Shown: positions 15,975 through 33,277 of the stretch, in pieces
How positions within the stretch are numbered: position 1 is the stretch's first letter
Layout of the letters: each line of letters starts with the position of its first letter
The notes under the pieces: model-generated
Told to the model about the DNA's origin: nothing
What the model saw: only the letters and a program-made list of their open reading frames with translations
Database searches by the model: none
Source: Eledone cirrhosa
Taxonomy: Eukaryota
Direction of reading: 5' to 3'
DNA: 64,000 nt
Assembly: GCA_964016885.1 (NCBI GenBank)
Contig: OZ024742.1
Coordinates: 298,840,001 to 298,904,000 of the forward strand
Position numbers and translations under genes: made by a program

Positions 15975-16573
15975 GTCACCAGTTGGTGCTACTGGTAACA
16001 TGCATTCCAGTACAACCTATCCCATGGTCGGGGCGTTGGCGACTAAACTGGCAACCCCACCAAGGTTTCTTAGTGAGGAGGGTGACTTTGGACATCCTGC
16101 AGCACTAAAAACAAAACCTGTCGAAGGGCAAAGGAGCTCTTAAGAGTCAATGGCCATCCAAAATCACCGGGAGAGATGACCCCTTAGCCTCTGTCAAGGC
16201 AGAATTCTAGGAGAAGGAAAACTCTGATATAACACCTGCATCCCTGATGGTATCTAATGATGTTGACTTGTTCTTCTTTTTGGTAAATATCATCTTGGTT
16301 AAGAGACTGGGACTGGCTTTGTGCAGTGCCTTTGTTCACTATATAAGTTTCACGGCACAGGCATTGCTTTATATCTGGAGATCTCTCTTGTCGTCACATG
16401 GTACCATGAGCCCAGCACTATGTGTCAATAATTGTCACACGTGTAGTGTTTGTACCAGAGTTTTCAAGTCGCTGGCTGGACTAAAAAGTCACACTCGTTC
16501 AGCGCATCGGTAGGGGTTCTCCTACATGGATATAAAGTAGTGGCCGTACTCGAAAACGAGTTGGCAGCCACCA
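15975..16573 (+). mobile_element. Non-autonomous RTE-derived element (5'UTR-like part + C2H2-encoding 3' end)
   Basis: aggagaaggaaaactctga motif; [22 protein letters not shown]; second copy at 33277-33710 (-). Confidence 0.6.
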
Positions 16574-17339
16574 TGTATGTATGTATGCATGTGTGAGACA
16601 TGTGTGAGCACATGTGAGCATGACCTTTTACTTTGTCTGCCATTGCAAAATATTAAGAAAGAAATCTAAGACCTTGGCAGGAATAAGAGGTCGTGTTCGT
16701 GGTACCCATGTATGAGAAAAAGGTCAAGGGATGGCAATTCTCGAAAATGTGATGCAGCCATTATATATATAAAAATGTATGTATGTATATATATATATAT
16801 ATATATATATCGTGGTTACTTCTCTACCCTTTGCCCCGTCATGTTCACCCCATCCATTATCACGCACGCGCTTGTACATTCACCCCTAGATTCCTATGGC
16901 TCTCTTTTGGTCAGAAACATATACTGTTACAACTGATACAGACCAACAAAATACGCACACACACTTCTACCTTTCCCTTCACAGCTCTGTATATACACAC
17001 ACTCTTTTACTTACATTTACACACACATATCTTCTTAGCTTCGTACAGACGTATAATAACACACACAAGCATACGCACACGATCACGTATAGCTCTATAT
17101 ACAAAAATATTTGTTTTTTCCATTTTAGGTAGACGCGCTCTATTATCCACGTTTCTAAAAAAAGTATATCATACACCAAACGCCAGCATCAACATTTTTC
17201 CAAGAAATGGCAACATGAATGTACCTGTTATTTTTCTCTACAAATATTTTTTCCGATTCCGCTCTGTCCGCCCTTTCAATCTTTCTAATCGTTAAGACAC
17301 TGTTCCTGCTATTTCAAGCGTTAACCTAATAGAGCGTTG

Positions 17340-17512
17340 AAACAAATGGTGTTGCTTTATTTGTTCTAGCATGTACATTCTGAGTTGCAATCTTGGTCAG
17401 TTCAACTTTAAATATCATCATTCAGGGTTCGATAAAATATAGTTCGGTAAATAATGGGTTTGGTGAAATCAGCTCCCCAAAAATGTGTTGATTTTGTGCC
17501 CAAATGTGAAAT
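17340..17512 (+). mobile_element. Degenerate SINE related to 3339-3525
   Basis: tctgagttgcaatc...catcattcagggttcgataaaata...ttgtgcccaaatgtgaaa. Confidence 0.5.
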
Positions 17513-17531
17513 CAATTTACATATATATATA

Positions 17532-17619
<88 letters not shown>

Positions 17620-18011
17620 AGAATAACACATACACACACACATATATATATATATATATGTTAGTATGTATAAATTAGGATGGCCCTTATTTTTTAATTT
17701 TCAAAAAGTTTAACCCCGACCCCCTATCTTATTCCAATTAACGTAAAACCCATCTATGCAGAAAACTAGCTCAAGCGGACAACTGCAAAGCGACCCTCAT
17801 CGACCGTGATGGTATTAGAAGGATAAGGGATAATAAATATAATGGAGAAGGCGACTTGCAAAGCAGGGGACAGAGCGCAAGTATAGGGCAAACACCTATT
17901 TTTCGTTGTGGGAGCAGCGAAAATTTAGTTTCGGAAAATTATCTACTGCTAAGGGCCACCCTAATATACATATATCCGTATGTGGTTGACAGCTGAGAGA
18001 AATGAGTACTC

Positions 18012-18076
<65 letters not shown>

Positions 18077-18077
18077 A

Positions 18078-18264
18078 GTCACATGTGACGAAAGGACTGT
18101 GACTATATATATAAACAACTATCTGGTTGTGGAACCAACCAACCAACCAGAAATTTATAAGTTTGTAATTTTGTAAGTTTATAAATTTATAAATATATAA
18201 TAAATTGAAGTGAAAGCAACTGGTGCGTGTGTTTCTTATTGGCAACATGACCCTCCCAAAGTAT

Positions 18265-18270
<6 letters not shown>
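18078..18270 (+). mobile_element. Solo PLE2-family pseudo-LTR fragment
   Basis: Matches 4680-4862. Confidence 0.85.
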
Positions 18271-18307
<37 letters not shown>

Positions 18308-18312
<5 letters not shown>

Positions 18313-20640
18313 CAAGAAAGAAGATTGACATGGTTCGCTATACAATAAGGGTTTATTCACATTGCTGACAATTGTTTCTTTGATCTGGCAGGTCTAGAGT
18401 TCGCTATACGCCTGATTATGCGCCATTCGATCTCCAATACTTTGTTTATAACCAGTCGTTTTCATCGGAGCGGGTGAAATGAAGAAAATACATATGTAAA
18501 CCCCAGAAACTATAGAAGAACTAGAGAAAGAAAATACCTTTGGTTTAATCCAATCTTCAACTCCTCTATAAGAACTAAACTGCCTTCTATTTAAACTAAT
18601 AGATCAGCACTTCCCTATATCGCATAGATTTCATAAAATCTTCAATAGAAAAACTATAAAACTCTCATACTCTACTGCTGCAAACATTGAATCGCACATA
18701 CGCAAGATCAACCACAAGAATACCTCTAGGAAAGATATCCCACCCATATGCAACATAGCACCAAACACAAAACACAAACACATTACAGTATCACAACCGC
18801 AAATGCACATGAACACACGGCAGCAAAACTTCAATAGGCATAAATCACAACCCACATACAATAGCTTACAAAACAGCAATGTGAAAGCTGCACAGAGTAA
18901 TACCCCGAACTGCAACTGTCACCTACCGGATAAGTGCCCACTAGCGAATAGGCGCCTTGATTCGGGCCTAGTGTACATGTGTACTATAAACTCGGGCAAC
19001 TCCACTTTGCACTACATTGGATCCACCGCGGTGCATTTAAAAAAAGATGGTATGTCCACAGACATTCAATGAAGAACCGTGCACTGATAAATTCCACAAC
19101 CCTCGCCAATAAAATCTGGCAACGTAAGGACAAAAACCTTGATTATAATATTAGCTGGTCGAAATTGGCGACAGCAAAGACATATAGCAGCGGTATGTCC
19201 TACTGCGAGCCCTGCAACCTTGAATTGCTGCATATCTTAAGGAACGATAAAATGCTACTCAACAGCAAAATAGAAATATAAATTTTCTGCAGACATAGGA
19301 TTGCTACAAAATTCGCGAGATTTAAACCACCGTGATTCGAACCAATACCACTTAGCTTTTAACATATGAAATCCGCCTTTTCACACAGCCCAATACGGAA
19401 CTATAATCTTCTATAAATATCTTATAGCCTCCCTAATTCTATTCCACTGGAAGATGTCTACAACTATCTTATCAGCCCATAAATCAATCCTACTTTCGCT
19501 GTTACCCACTACTTCGGACCAAGGATTTATATCTCTCATTAGCACTCACGATCTCTAACAGATGAACCTAATTCTAAGTACATTATCTTATTACTCCTAC
19601 ACCCCTTGAAATCTCACTTTCCTCTTATTATTCTTATTACTCTTATTATTATTATGAACATCTCAATATAGCCCTAATATTATTCATCATGTTCTATATA
19701 TCTACCATGCACATTTTACTATTTTACTACCTTCTATTATTGTTGTTATCACTGTCTTATTTATACACGATTTGTTATTGATGCTGTGAAAACTAAACCC
19801 CCCACGATTCGAACTAACAATCCCTACCTTTAGTATAGGCCACTTAAATAACGAATCTACAACTCTATTTAACACCACATAAAAACTATCATCATCACTA
19901 AATTAATCAAACGAAAATATTTATCTGTCAAATAATAAAAAAAATAAAAAGTAAATCTCCGGTTTATTGCTAGAATACCTACAGCACAGTGGATATCTCA
20001 CACATTCTGTCTCCAAGTACGTCTTAGTGGTTAATGCTATCTAGTCGCTATCCTATCACTATATCTAATGTACCCTATAGTAGTTTTCACACGTCAATTC
20101 CATACATCTGTATCATATCACTTTGTTTAACATGCTAGATTCTCCATTATACTCTATCTCTTACTTATATTGATGTTATTATTTTAATTGTCTGCTATCT
20201 AGTTATTTTATTTTATCATTGATATTATTGTTCTGGTTTAATACAACACTATGCGTTTTAATAAAAACCGTGCGTTATGTATTTTCTTCATTTCATCCGC
20301 TCCGATGAAAACGACTGGTTATAAACAAAGTGTTTGGAGATCGATTGGCGCATAATCAGGCGTATAGCGAACTCTAGACCTGCCAGATCAAAGAAGCAAT
20401 TGTCAGCAATATGAATAAAGCCCTTATTGTATAGCGAACCATGTCAATCTTCTTTCTTGAATTATTATTTCTCCAAGTATAAACTACATAGAAATCACCG
20501 CGAACTCGCAGCATCACTATGGAAACGTCTTGTTGAGTCAAACTAAGCCACACGTTAATACTATCCACTACAAGAACTACTCCAACTGGACTACATCTAA
20601 GTGGACTGCCATAATGATAACCTGTTATCCCGTAAAAAAA
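18308..20640 (+). mobile_element. 5'-truncated PLE (GIY-YIG, CNC..CPL linker) with inverted 5' pseudo-LTR
   Basis: ORFs 18803-19072 and 18979-19281 (CNCHLPDKCPL, LVYMC, HYIGST, FKKRW); 18308-18492 is the reverse complement of about 20278-20463. Confidence 0.85.
18364..18471 (-). ncRNA. Hammerhead with U4C core and about 85-nt stem II
   Basis: gct CCGATGA ... GAAAC aatt GTC agc; the + copy at 20299-20407 has GAAG. Confidence 0.55.
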
Positions 20641-22673
<2,033 letters not shown>

Positions 22674-22728
<55 letters not shown>

Positions 22729-23026
22729 ATGTATATATATATATATATACATGTATATGATATGTATATATATATATATATACATGTATATGATACGTAT
22801 ATATATATATATACATGTATATGATACGTATATATATATAAACATATATATGATATGTATATATATATATACATATATATATGATATGTATATATATATA
22901 TACATATATATGATATGTATATATATATATACGTATATATATGATATGTATATATCTATATATATATGATATGTATATATATATATACATATATATGATA
23001 TATATATATATATATACATATATATG

Positions 23027-23067
<41 letters not shown>

Positions 23068-23109
23068 ATATATATATATATATATATATGATATATATAT
23101 ATATATATA

Positions 23110-23146
<37 letters not shown>

Positions 23147-23208
23147 TATATATATATGTATATATATGTATGTATATATATATCTATATGTATATATATA
23201 TATATATG

Positions 23209-23250
<42 letters not shown>

Positions 23251-23262
23251 CATATATATATA
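22674..23262. repeat. (TA)n tract
   Basis: Direct. Confidence 0.97.
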
Positions 23263-24935
23263 TTAGGTATAGGATTATCCAAGATGCAGTGATGGTTAAT
23301 TACTACACTGGATATGGTTGACGTACGGTAAGAGGTTACTCTACGAGTTATGGAAGAATTGTTCAAGAAACTTAGTTCCTGATCCTTCAGTATTCCGGAG
23401 TGTATATAAAGAATGAATAATAACAGGTAGACATCATAAAAAGGTAGTTTATTCCGTGTGCTTACAAGTGTTTCCACGGTGGTACTGCAGCCTAGTTCCG
23501 CTACGTATATCTGGTATAATCCTATTTTTAATGCCTCGATTAGTACAAAACTATCTCTTTCATTCTTTAAATTAATCAATAAACACTTCCCTAGTTCCCA
23601 TAAGTACAGCAAAATTCTGAACTCCAAAACTATTAGACTATCATACTCCACGGCACCAAACCTTGAAGCATACATAAAAAAACTTAACTTAAGGCAATTA
23701 AACAACTCTACAAAACAAAACATTTTAGTAACAGGTGGGCAGAACGTAATATCTGCCCCCCAACCACTAAATGGGAGACGGGTATTGCACAACCCACCTG
23801 TACCGCTATCACAACCTATCCATGGTATACCCGCTACCCACAACAAAGCATGTAACTGCCATCTACCTGAAAGATGTCCATTGCAGAATGAATGCCTAAA
23901 GTCCAACATTGTTTACCAATGCACGGTTGAATCGGACGACCAGAAATGGTATTATATCGGATCTACCACCACATCGTTTAAATCTCGCTGGTACCGTCAT
24001 CGATTCTCAATCAAACATCAGAATCACCGTTTTGTGACCACGCTCGCCAACAAGACCTGGCAACTCCGTGAACACAACCAACAGTTCACCTTAAAATGGG
24101 ATATACTTTCCAGCGCAAATGCATATCGGAGTGGTTTGAAGTACTGCAGGTTATGTAACCTTAAGCTATTTTACATACTAAAATCCAAAAACAAACTACT
24201 TAACGATAGAATTGAACGATCATTATACTGCAACCACAAACTAAAAGCTAAATTCTCTCACTATAAAATAACTTAACATTCGAACCCGTAACTACAACAC
24301 CACTTTCTAGCTAACAACCTTCTCTTCTCCCCCACACTACAAGACAATACACTGCTTATCACTATACATGGTAACTCAGTACAATTCCTAGATTACTACT
24401 ACAAAACCAAAAGTTCACTCACCACATATACTTTATCTGTCCCCTCTCTACCTATATATCTCTCTCTACATCCATTACACTCTCTCTCTCTCACCTTTGA
24501 CCTACCTCCCTCTCAACATCTATGAACTTGACCTCTGGGGCAATAAATAATTCCGACCTCAACTATCTACGCATCTCTCCAAAAGTAACTAATAAAACCC
24601 CTACCATAACATTTTGATTAAGATATCTACAAGCCACTCTCTCCTACTTCTCCAACCCCTGCATATCTTTCCTTCTCTCTCCATCTTCCCTACTTTTCTC
24701 TCTTCCTGTTCCACTCTATCTTCCCCAACAACCCCACTTAAGGGTTTTTACATTGTATATTTACCATTCTGCTCTGAGGAAACAGTGGTCACAGCATTGG
24801 ATATTCGAGTTCTGCAAATACTTGTGAATTTGCACGTAGCGGAACTAGGCTGCAGTACCACCGTGGAAACACTTGTAAGCACACGGAATAAACTACCTTT
24901 TTATGATGTCTACCTGTTATTATTCATTCTTTATA
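23263..24935 (+). mobile_element. 5'-truncated PLE (GIY-YIG) with inverted 5' pseudo-LTR
   Basis: ORF 23458-24276 (CNCHLPERCPL, IVYQC, YYIGST, FKSRW); about 23404-23506 is the reverse complement of about 24835-24935. Confidence 0.88.
24770..24881 (+). ncRNA. Hammerhead with extended (about 85 nt) stem II
   Basis: tgct CTGAGGA a-acagtggt...agttctgc...gcggaact...accaccgt-g GAAA CA-ct-TG TA agca. Confidence 0.75.
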
Positions 24936-25035
24936 CATATATATATATATATACATATAGATATATATATACATACATATATATACATATATATATATAT
25001 ATATATCATATGTATCTGTGTGTTTCTAAATATAT

Positions 25036-25066
<31 letters not shown>

Positions 25067-25690
25067 GGTGTTGAAGTATAAAGACGTGTTTTAACTTCTC
25101 TCCCCGAGTAAGCAGCAAGTCACACAGCTATAAAACAAAACCAAACAAACCAAATTGACCGGTCAATTACATTTACATACATCTATATTCTTATATATTT
25201 GAAACCTCGTGTTTACCAACTTCTGAGTACATTTTACTTTAACTACAAATTATTATATACTTTCGTCTTTTCATTAATTTCATTAATTTCAAATAACCAG
25301 AATATATTTATATATATATACTCATATTTATATATACACTTCTCACTCACACACAAGAAAAACACAAAAAACAAATAAACAAAAAAATATATATATATAT
25401 ATTGAAATACTTAACTAAAACACACACACTCAAAACTAGAATGGCTAACCAGCAAAAATCCAAACAGAACTGGTGTGATAATGAAATCGACATTCTAATA
25501 AACACATGGCATTGCCTTACCCAAACAGAAGACATAGATGCTTCATATCTGAACGACATTGCTAAACGCACAGTTCACCTTTTGAAAACCCGATCTGATT
25601 CAAAATAAATTAAAGCAAATCGAAGTTGCTTTTAAATTAATCAATAACCATTTGGATATACTACGGTGTATTTTTTCTTCGGATGCTGTC

Positions 25691-25775
25691 CAGCAGCAGC
25701 AACAGCAGCAACAACAACAACAGCAGCAACAACGGCAACAACAACAACAGCTACAACAACAACAACAACAACAGC

Positions 25776-25806
<31 letters not shown>

Positions 25807-25954
25807 GTGTGAACCACTCCTTCATTCATCAAAAATGGCCGAACTACTAAATGAAACTATTGACCTCCAGTAGCCACTGTCTCACAGCAGGAAACGCCTC
25901 TTCATTTTTCTGCCCCAACTGGCCAATCATCACCACTGCCAACATCTCCTCTGC

Positions 25955-26015
<61 letters not shown>

Positions 26016-26018
26016 AAC
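25691..26018. repeat. (CAA/CAG)n at 25691-25807 and (CTA)n at about 25955-26015
   Basis: Direct. Confidence 0.95.
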
Positions 26019-26152
26019 ATCTTTACCTACTGCTATCTCAACTCACCTTTAAAAAAGCAGAAGAACTGCGAAACCGGTAAAGGAACCAAGTAAATATATA
26101 TATTTAAAAAAGAAATAAGACTCCAGTTGCATTTTCGATTTCATCTCCTTTT

Positions 26153-26174
<22 letters not shown>

Positions 26175-26187
<13 letters not shown>

Positions 26188-26349
26188 AACCAGTAAGACC
26201 CCGACGGCTGAGCTCAAGCCGTTTCGACGGCTAATTCTGGGCTCAGCCGTCGGGGTCTTACTGGTTCCTATTACCCACTCTACTACCCTAAGTATTGAGT
26301 ACTTTGGTTTGTTATGGTCCACCTGGTTCCTTACCACATTTCCTTCGTT

Positions 26350-26350
<1 letters not shown>
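26175..26350. mobile_element. Fold-back pseudo-LTR fragment, same family as 7072-7260
   Basis: Shared sequence ggaaccagtaagaccccgac... Confidence 0.7.
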
Positions 26351-27613
<1,263 letters not shown>

Positions 27614-27619
27614 AATGAT

Positions 27620-28560
27620 ATAATGTATAATAAACAATACAATATAATTACCTCATTACCAGAGGTTTCCGGAATAAGACAAATACGAAAAAAACGTCCT
27701 CATTCGTTCGTCGGACAAGGTAATATAAAACATAGTGAAATATTTGGAAAGTCTCATCAAGATATGCAAAAAATATATAAATAAAAGTAATGCAAGAGAT
27801 ATATTAAAAAATATAGAAAAATATACAAAAAATATAAGGAAATATAGTTAGGTATGTATATATGTATGTATATACACTCACAAATGTACATATGTGTGTA
27901 TGTACAAATGTATGTGTATGGTGAAAATGTGTGCGTAAGTTCATATATGAGGGCAAGTATATTTGTGTATATGTGACCACAAATACGGATATAATATGAG
28001 TTGAAAGAGAAGATGATGATATAGTTGACACGCATCTAGATACAGGTATTAAATACACATACGAGTATGAAAGCACGCGCATAAACACACACACACGCGT
28101 GGTCACTTAGTGAAAAGAAGTGTCATTCTCGATATATGTATAAAAATGAAACAATATATTTTGTCTGTACGTATTTGTGTGTATAAATATTTTTAAGCAT
28201 ATATGTTATTTATAGATATATGTGTATGTACGTGCGTCCCTATGTTTGTTTTCTTTTCTCTAGTGTTAATTGATTACTTTCTCTTTCATATAAATTTTTT
28301 TTTCTTTCTCATATATTGTTTCATTTTTATACATATATCGAGAAAAACCACAGACCCTCCATCTCAACTCACCTTTTGAAAAGCAAAAGAACTGCGAAAC
28401 CGGTAAAGGGACCAAATAAATATATATATTTAAAAAAAAAAAAAATAAATAAAATAAGACTCCAGTTGCATTTTCGATTTCATCTCTTTTTCTTTATACT
28501 TTCACTCGTGTAGGACACCTCGGTTATTTTTCATTTTGTAAAAAAAACCTCACTTTCTAA
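27620..28560. repeat. About 940-bp duplicated cassette, copy 1, with hammerheads at both ends
   Basis: Near-identical to 31549-32502; HHR at 27647-27724 (-) and 28372-28409 (+). Confidence 0.85.
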
Positions 28561-28638
28561 TATATGTATATATATATGTATATATATCTATGTATATATA
28601 TATGTATATATATATATATATGTATATATATATCTATG

Positions 28639-28673
<35 letters not shown>

Positions 28674-28719
28674 GTATATATAAATGTATATATATGTATA
28701 TATATGTATATATATGTAT

Positions 28720-31325
28720 ATTACTTGATGCTTTCGACAGTAAGGAAGAACATTTAGAGTCGGACAATATAGAGGGAGAGTGGGAATTTCTGAAAGCAAA
28801 CCTGCTGTTGGCGACAGACGAAGTCTGTGGCTGGAGCAGGCCTGTAGGCAGGAGGAGAGTAACATGGTGGTGGAACAGTAAGGTGGAGGGGTCAATTAAG
28901 GCCAAAAAGCAGGCTTGGAAAGTATGGCGGGATGGGGGAAGTAGAGAAGACTATCAAGTGGCCAGGAGGGAAGCTAGGAGACAAGTGTACTTAGCAAGAA
29001 GGGAAGCTGAGGAAAGAAAGTTCAAGCATGTTCTACAACGCGATGACCAAAAACGTGAGGTGTTCAGGATTGCTAGGCAATGCGTCAAGGAAAACCGTGA
29101 TATTGTCGGGGAGAAGTGTGTACTAAACGACGATGGCACACTTGCCATCACCGACGCTGATAAGAAGGTAGCTTGGAAGTGTCACTACGAAAGGCTACTA
29201 AATGAGGAGAATAAATGGGAGAAAGACAGTCTCCCCCATATCGACCCAATAGAGGGACCAGCAGTGTTAGTCGAGGGGAGTATAATAAGTAAGGCAATCA
29301 AGGATATGAAGACGGGTAAGGCGGCTGGGCCTTCGGAAATAGTTGCTGAGATGCTGAAGGCATCTGGCACGGTGGGACACACTATGGTCACCCGCATAGT
29401 TAACCAAGTCGTACAGAATGGGGTTGTTCCGAAGGACTGGCATAGCAGCATCATCGTTAACTGTTATAAGGGTAAAGGAGACGCCCTAGATAGGAGTAAC
29501 TATAGAGGCATTAAATTAATCGACCAGGTCATGAAGGTCACGGAAAAAATAATAGCGCAACTAATCAGAGAGGGAATCGACCTAGATGAAATGCAGTTCG
29601 GGTTTGTGTCAGGCAAAAGTACCACAGACGCTCTTTTCATAGTACGACAACTACAGGAGAAGTACCTAGCTAAAGGTAAACCCCTATACTTAGCTTTTGT
29701 CGACTTGGAGAAAGCCTTCGACAGAGTCCCCCGCTCCATTATCTGGTGGGCTCTTAGAAAACTAGGCGTTGACGAATGGCTTGTGAGGGCTATACAAGCC
29801 ATGTATAAAGAAACAGTCAGCAAGGTTAGAATTAACAACGAATATAGTGAAGAGTTTAGCGTAAAAGTTGGCGTCCATCAGAGCTCTGTTCTCAGCCCCC
29901 TACTATTTATTATTGCCCTTCAGGCTATAACAGAGGAGTTCAAGACAGGCTGCCCATGGGAACTCCTATACGCAGACGACCTGACACTCATAGCGGAATC
30001 AATGGCCGAGCTAGAGAAGAAATTCCAAACATGGAAGCACGGCCTAGAGTCAAAAGGACTTAAAATTAACCTGGCTAAGACCAAAGTTCTAGTTTGTAGG
30101 AAAGAAAACAAGGCGGCGGTCCCTTCTGGGAAATGGTCGTGCTCGGTGTGTAGGAAAGGCGTAGGTAGAAACTCCATTTTATGTCCTAAATGCAAAGTAT
30201 GGGTGCATAAAAGATGTAGTGGGATCACAGGTAAGCTAACTAAGAACATAGATTTTACATGTGGCCGGTGTTCTGGTGCAATAAGTAGCAGCAAGTGCCC
30301 ACAAAATACTAGCTCTTTCAATTGCGCAGAGGGTTCTATAGAAATAGTGGACAGCTTCCGTTACCTGGGCGATAAAATCAGCAGTGGGGGAGGGTGCTCT
30401 GAAAGTACTGTAGCTAGAGTCAGAACTGGTTGGAAAAAGTTCAGAGAGCTTATACCACTATTAGCTGCTAAAGGGTTCTCCCTAAAAATGAAAGACAGGT
30501 TGTACGATGCCTGCATACGAACAGCAATGCTGCATGGCAGTGAGACCTGGGCATTGTGTGCAGAGGATATACGCAGACTAGAGAGGAACGAAGCTTGCAT
30601 GCTCCGCTGGATGTGTAACAGTAATATACGTGAACGGCAAAGCATAAACGAACTAAGGAAAAAATTAGAGATAAGAGGGATCAGATGTTGTTTACTCGAG
30701 AGAAGGCTACGTTGGTATGGACACGTGATGCGCATGAAAGTCGATAGCTGTATAACAAAGTGCAGGGCAATAAAGATAGACGGTAGTCACGGAATAGGCA
30801 GACCTAGAAAAACCTGGGACGAGCTGATAAACTCCGACATCACACACTTACACCTCTCCAAGACAATGTCACTGGACCGAGACCTTTGGCGGTACTCAGT
30901 AACAGAGAAGACCCGCCTTACCTAAATATATAGTAAAACCTACTCCAACCAGTAGGCATCTCTAACAAAATACACCCCGTCCCACCACCACCACCCCCAC
31001 CCCATCCACACCACCCCGTTCTATGTAAAGTTATGTTGGTGCCGCGCCATAGGCCGAAACAAATGAGATCGTGTAGGTGTCACGACAAAAAAACACACAG
31101 TCCACGCTGTAATGTGGCCGTGTAGGCAACACGGTAAAAACCTCCCAGACCCACACTGTAAATGTGGTTGGTGTTAGGAAGGGCATCCAACTGTAGAAAG
31201 CCTGCCAGACAGTCCTATGCGAGCAAGACAATCACTCTTGCCTCAAGTGGGACTACCCACGTCCAAACCCATGCAAGCGTGGAACACGGACGTTAAACAT
31301 TGATGATGATGATGATGATGATGAT
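28720..31325 (+). mobile_element. 5'-truncated RTE-type LINE
   Basis: Open RT frame to 30925; 3' tail acccatgcaagcgtggaacacggacgttaaaca followed by (TGA)n. Confidence 0.9.
28721..30925 (+). CDS. LINE reverse transcriptase (N-terminally truncated) with an inserted PHD-like finger
   Basis: [60 protein letters not shown]. Confidence 0.88.
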   Translation, partial: LLDAFDSKEEHLESDNIEGEWEFLKANLLLATDEVCGWSRPVGRRRVTWWWNSKVEGSIKAKKQAWKVWRDGGSREDYQVARREARRQVYLARREAEERKFKHVLQRDDQKREVFRIARQCVKENRDIVGEKCVLNDDGTLAITDADKKVAWKCHYERLLNEENKWEKDSLPHIDPIEGPAVLVEGSIISKAIKDMKTGKAAGPSEIVAEMLKASGTVGHTMVTRIVNQVVQNGVVPKDWHSSIIVNCYKGKGDALDRSNYRGIKLIDQVMKVTEKIIAQLIREGIDLDEMQFGFVSGKSTTDALFIVRQLQEKYLAKGKPLYLAFVDLEKAFDRVPRSIIWWALRKLGVDEWLVRAIQAMYKETVSKVRINNEYSEEFSVKVGVHQSSVLSPLLFIIALQAITEEFKTGCPWELLYADDLTLIAESMAELEKKFQTWKHGLESKGLKINLAKTKVLVCRKENKAAVPSGKWSCSVCRKGVGRNSILCPKCKVWVHKRCSGITGKLTKNIDFTCGRCSGAISSSKCPQNTSSFNCAEGSIEIVDSFRYLGDKISSGGGCSESTVARVRTGWKKFRELIPLLAAKGFSLKMKDRLYDACIRTAMLHGSETWALCAEDIRRLERNEACMLRWMCNSNIRERQSINELRKKLEIRGIRCCLLERRLRWYGHVMRMKVDSCITKCRAIKIDGSHGIGRPRKTWDELINSDITHLHLSKTMSLDRDLWRYSVTEKTRLT

Positions 31326-31330
31326 ATATG

Positions 31331-31377
<47 letters not shown>

Positions 31378-31434
31378 GTATATATATATATATATGTATA
31401 TATATATGTATATATATATATATATATGCATATA

Positions 31435-31539
<105 letters not shown>

Positions 31540-31548
31540 ATATATATA

Positions 31549-32502
31549 TAATGTATAATAAACAATACAATATAATTACCTCATTACCAGAGGTTTCCCG
31601 AATAAGACAAATACGAAAAAAAACGTCCTCATTCGTTCGTCGGACAAGGTAACATAAAACATAGTGAAATATTTGGAAAGTCTCAAGAAATGCAAAAAAT
31701 ATATAAATAAAAGTAATGCAAGAGATATATTAAAAAATATAGAAAAAATATACAAAAAATATACAAAAAATATAAGGAAATATAGTTAGGTATGTATATA
31801 TGTATGTATATACACTCACAAATGTACATATGTGTGTATGTACAAATGCATGTGTATGGTGAAAATGTGTGCGTAAGTACATATATGAGGGCAAGTATAT
31901 TTGTGTATATGTGACCACAATTACGGATATAATATGAGTTGAAAGAGAAGATGATGATATAGTTGACACGCATCTAGATACAGGTATTAAATACACATAC
32001 GAGTATGAAAGCGCGCGTATAAGCATATACACGCGTGTGGTCACTTAGTGATAAGAAGTTTCATTCTCGATATATGTATAAAAATGAAACAATATATTTT
32101 ATCTGTACGTATTTGTGTGTATAAATATTTTTAAGCATATATGTTATTTATAGATATATGTGTATGTACGTGCGTCCCTATGTTTGTTTTCTTTTCTCTA
32201 GTGTTAATTGATTACTTTCTCTTTCATATAAACATTTTTTTCTTTCTCATATATTGTTCCATTTTTATACATATATCGAGAAAAACCACAGACCCTCCAT
32301 CTCAACTCACCTTTTGGAAAGCAGAAGAACTGCGAAACTGGTAAAGGATCCAAATAAATATATATATATTTAGAAAAAAAAAAAAAAAAAAAAAAAAAAG
32401 AATCCAGTTGCATTTTCGATTTCATCTCTTTTTCTTTATACTTTCACTCGTGTAGGACACCTCGGTTATTTTTCATTTTGTAAAAAAAACCTCACTTTCT
32501 AA
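31549..32502. repeat. About 950-bp duplicated cassette, copy 2
   Basis: Matches 27620-28560; HHR at 31575-31652 (-) and a mutated HHR at 32310-32347 (+). Confidence 0.85.
31575..31652 (-). ncRNA. Type I hammerhead, U4C variant
   Basis: ttaccttgt CCGACGA a-cgaatgag...cttattcg-g GAAA CC-tct-GG TA atgaggtaa. Confidence 0.72.
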
Positions 32503-32573
<71 letters not shown>

Positions 32574-32705
32574 ATATATATATATGTATATATATATGTA
32601 TATATATATACATATATATATATACATATATATATACATATATATATATACATATATATATAGATATATACATATATATATATACATATATATATAGATA
32701 AATAT

Positions 32706-32767
<62 letters not shown>

Positions 32768-33105
32768 GCATATATACATATATATATACATATATACATA
32801 TATGCATATATACATATATATATACATATATACATATATATATATACATATATGTATATATATATACATATATATATACATATAATTATACATATATATA
32901 TACATATATGTATATATATATACATATATATATACATATAATTATACATATATATATACATATATATATACATATACATATACATATATACATATATGTA
33001 TACATATATATATACATATATATGTATATATATACATATATACTTATATATACATACACATATATATATACATATATATATACATATATATATATATACA
33101 TATAC

Positions 33106-33142
<37 letters not shown>

Positions 33143-33243
33143 TATACATATATATACATATATATATATAAATATATATATATATACATATATATATATA
33201 CATATATATATACATATATATACATATATATATACATATATAC

Positions 33244-33276
<33 letters not shown>

Positions 33277-33277
<1 letters not shown>

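Noticed and set aside
25652-25873. Poly-Q ORF
   Set aside because: It is a (CAA/CAG)n microsatellite with no supporting domain or exon evidence.
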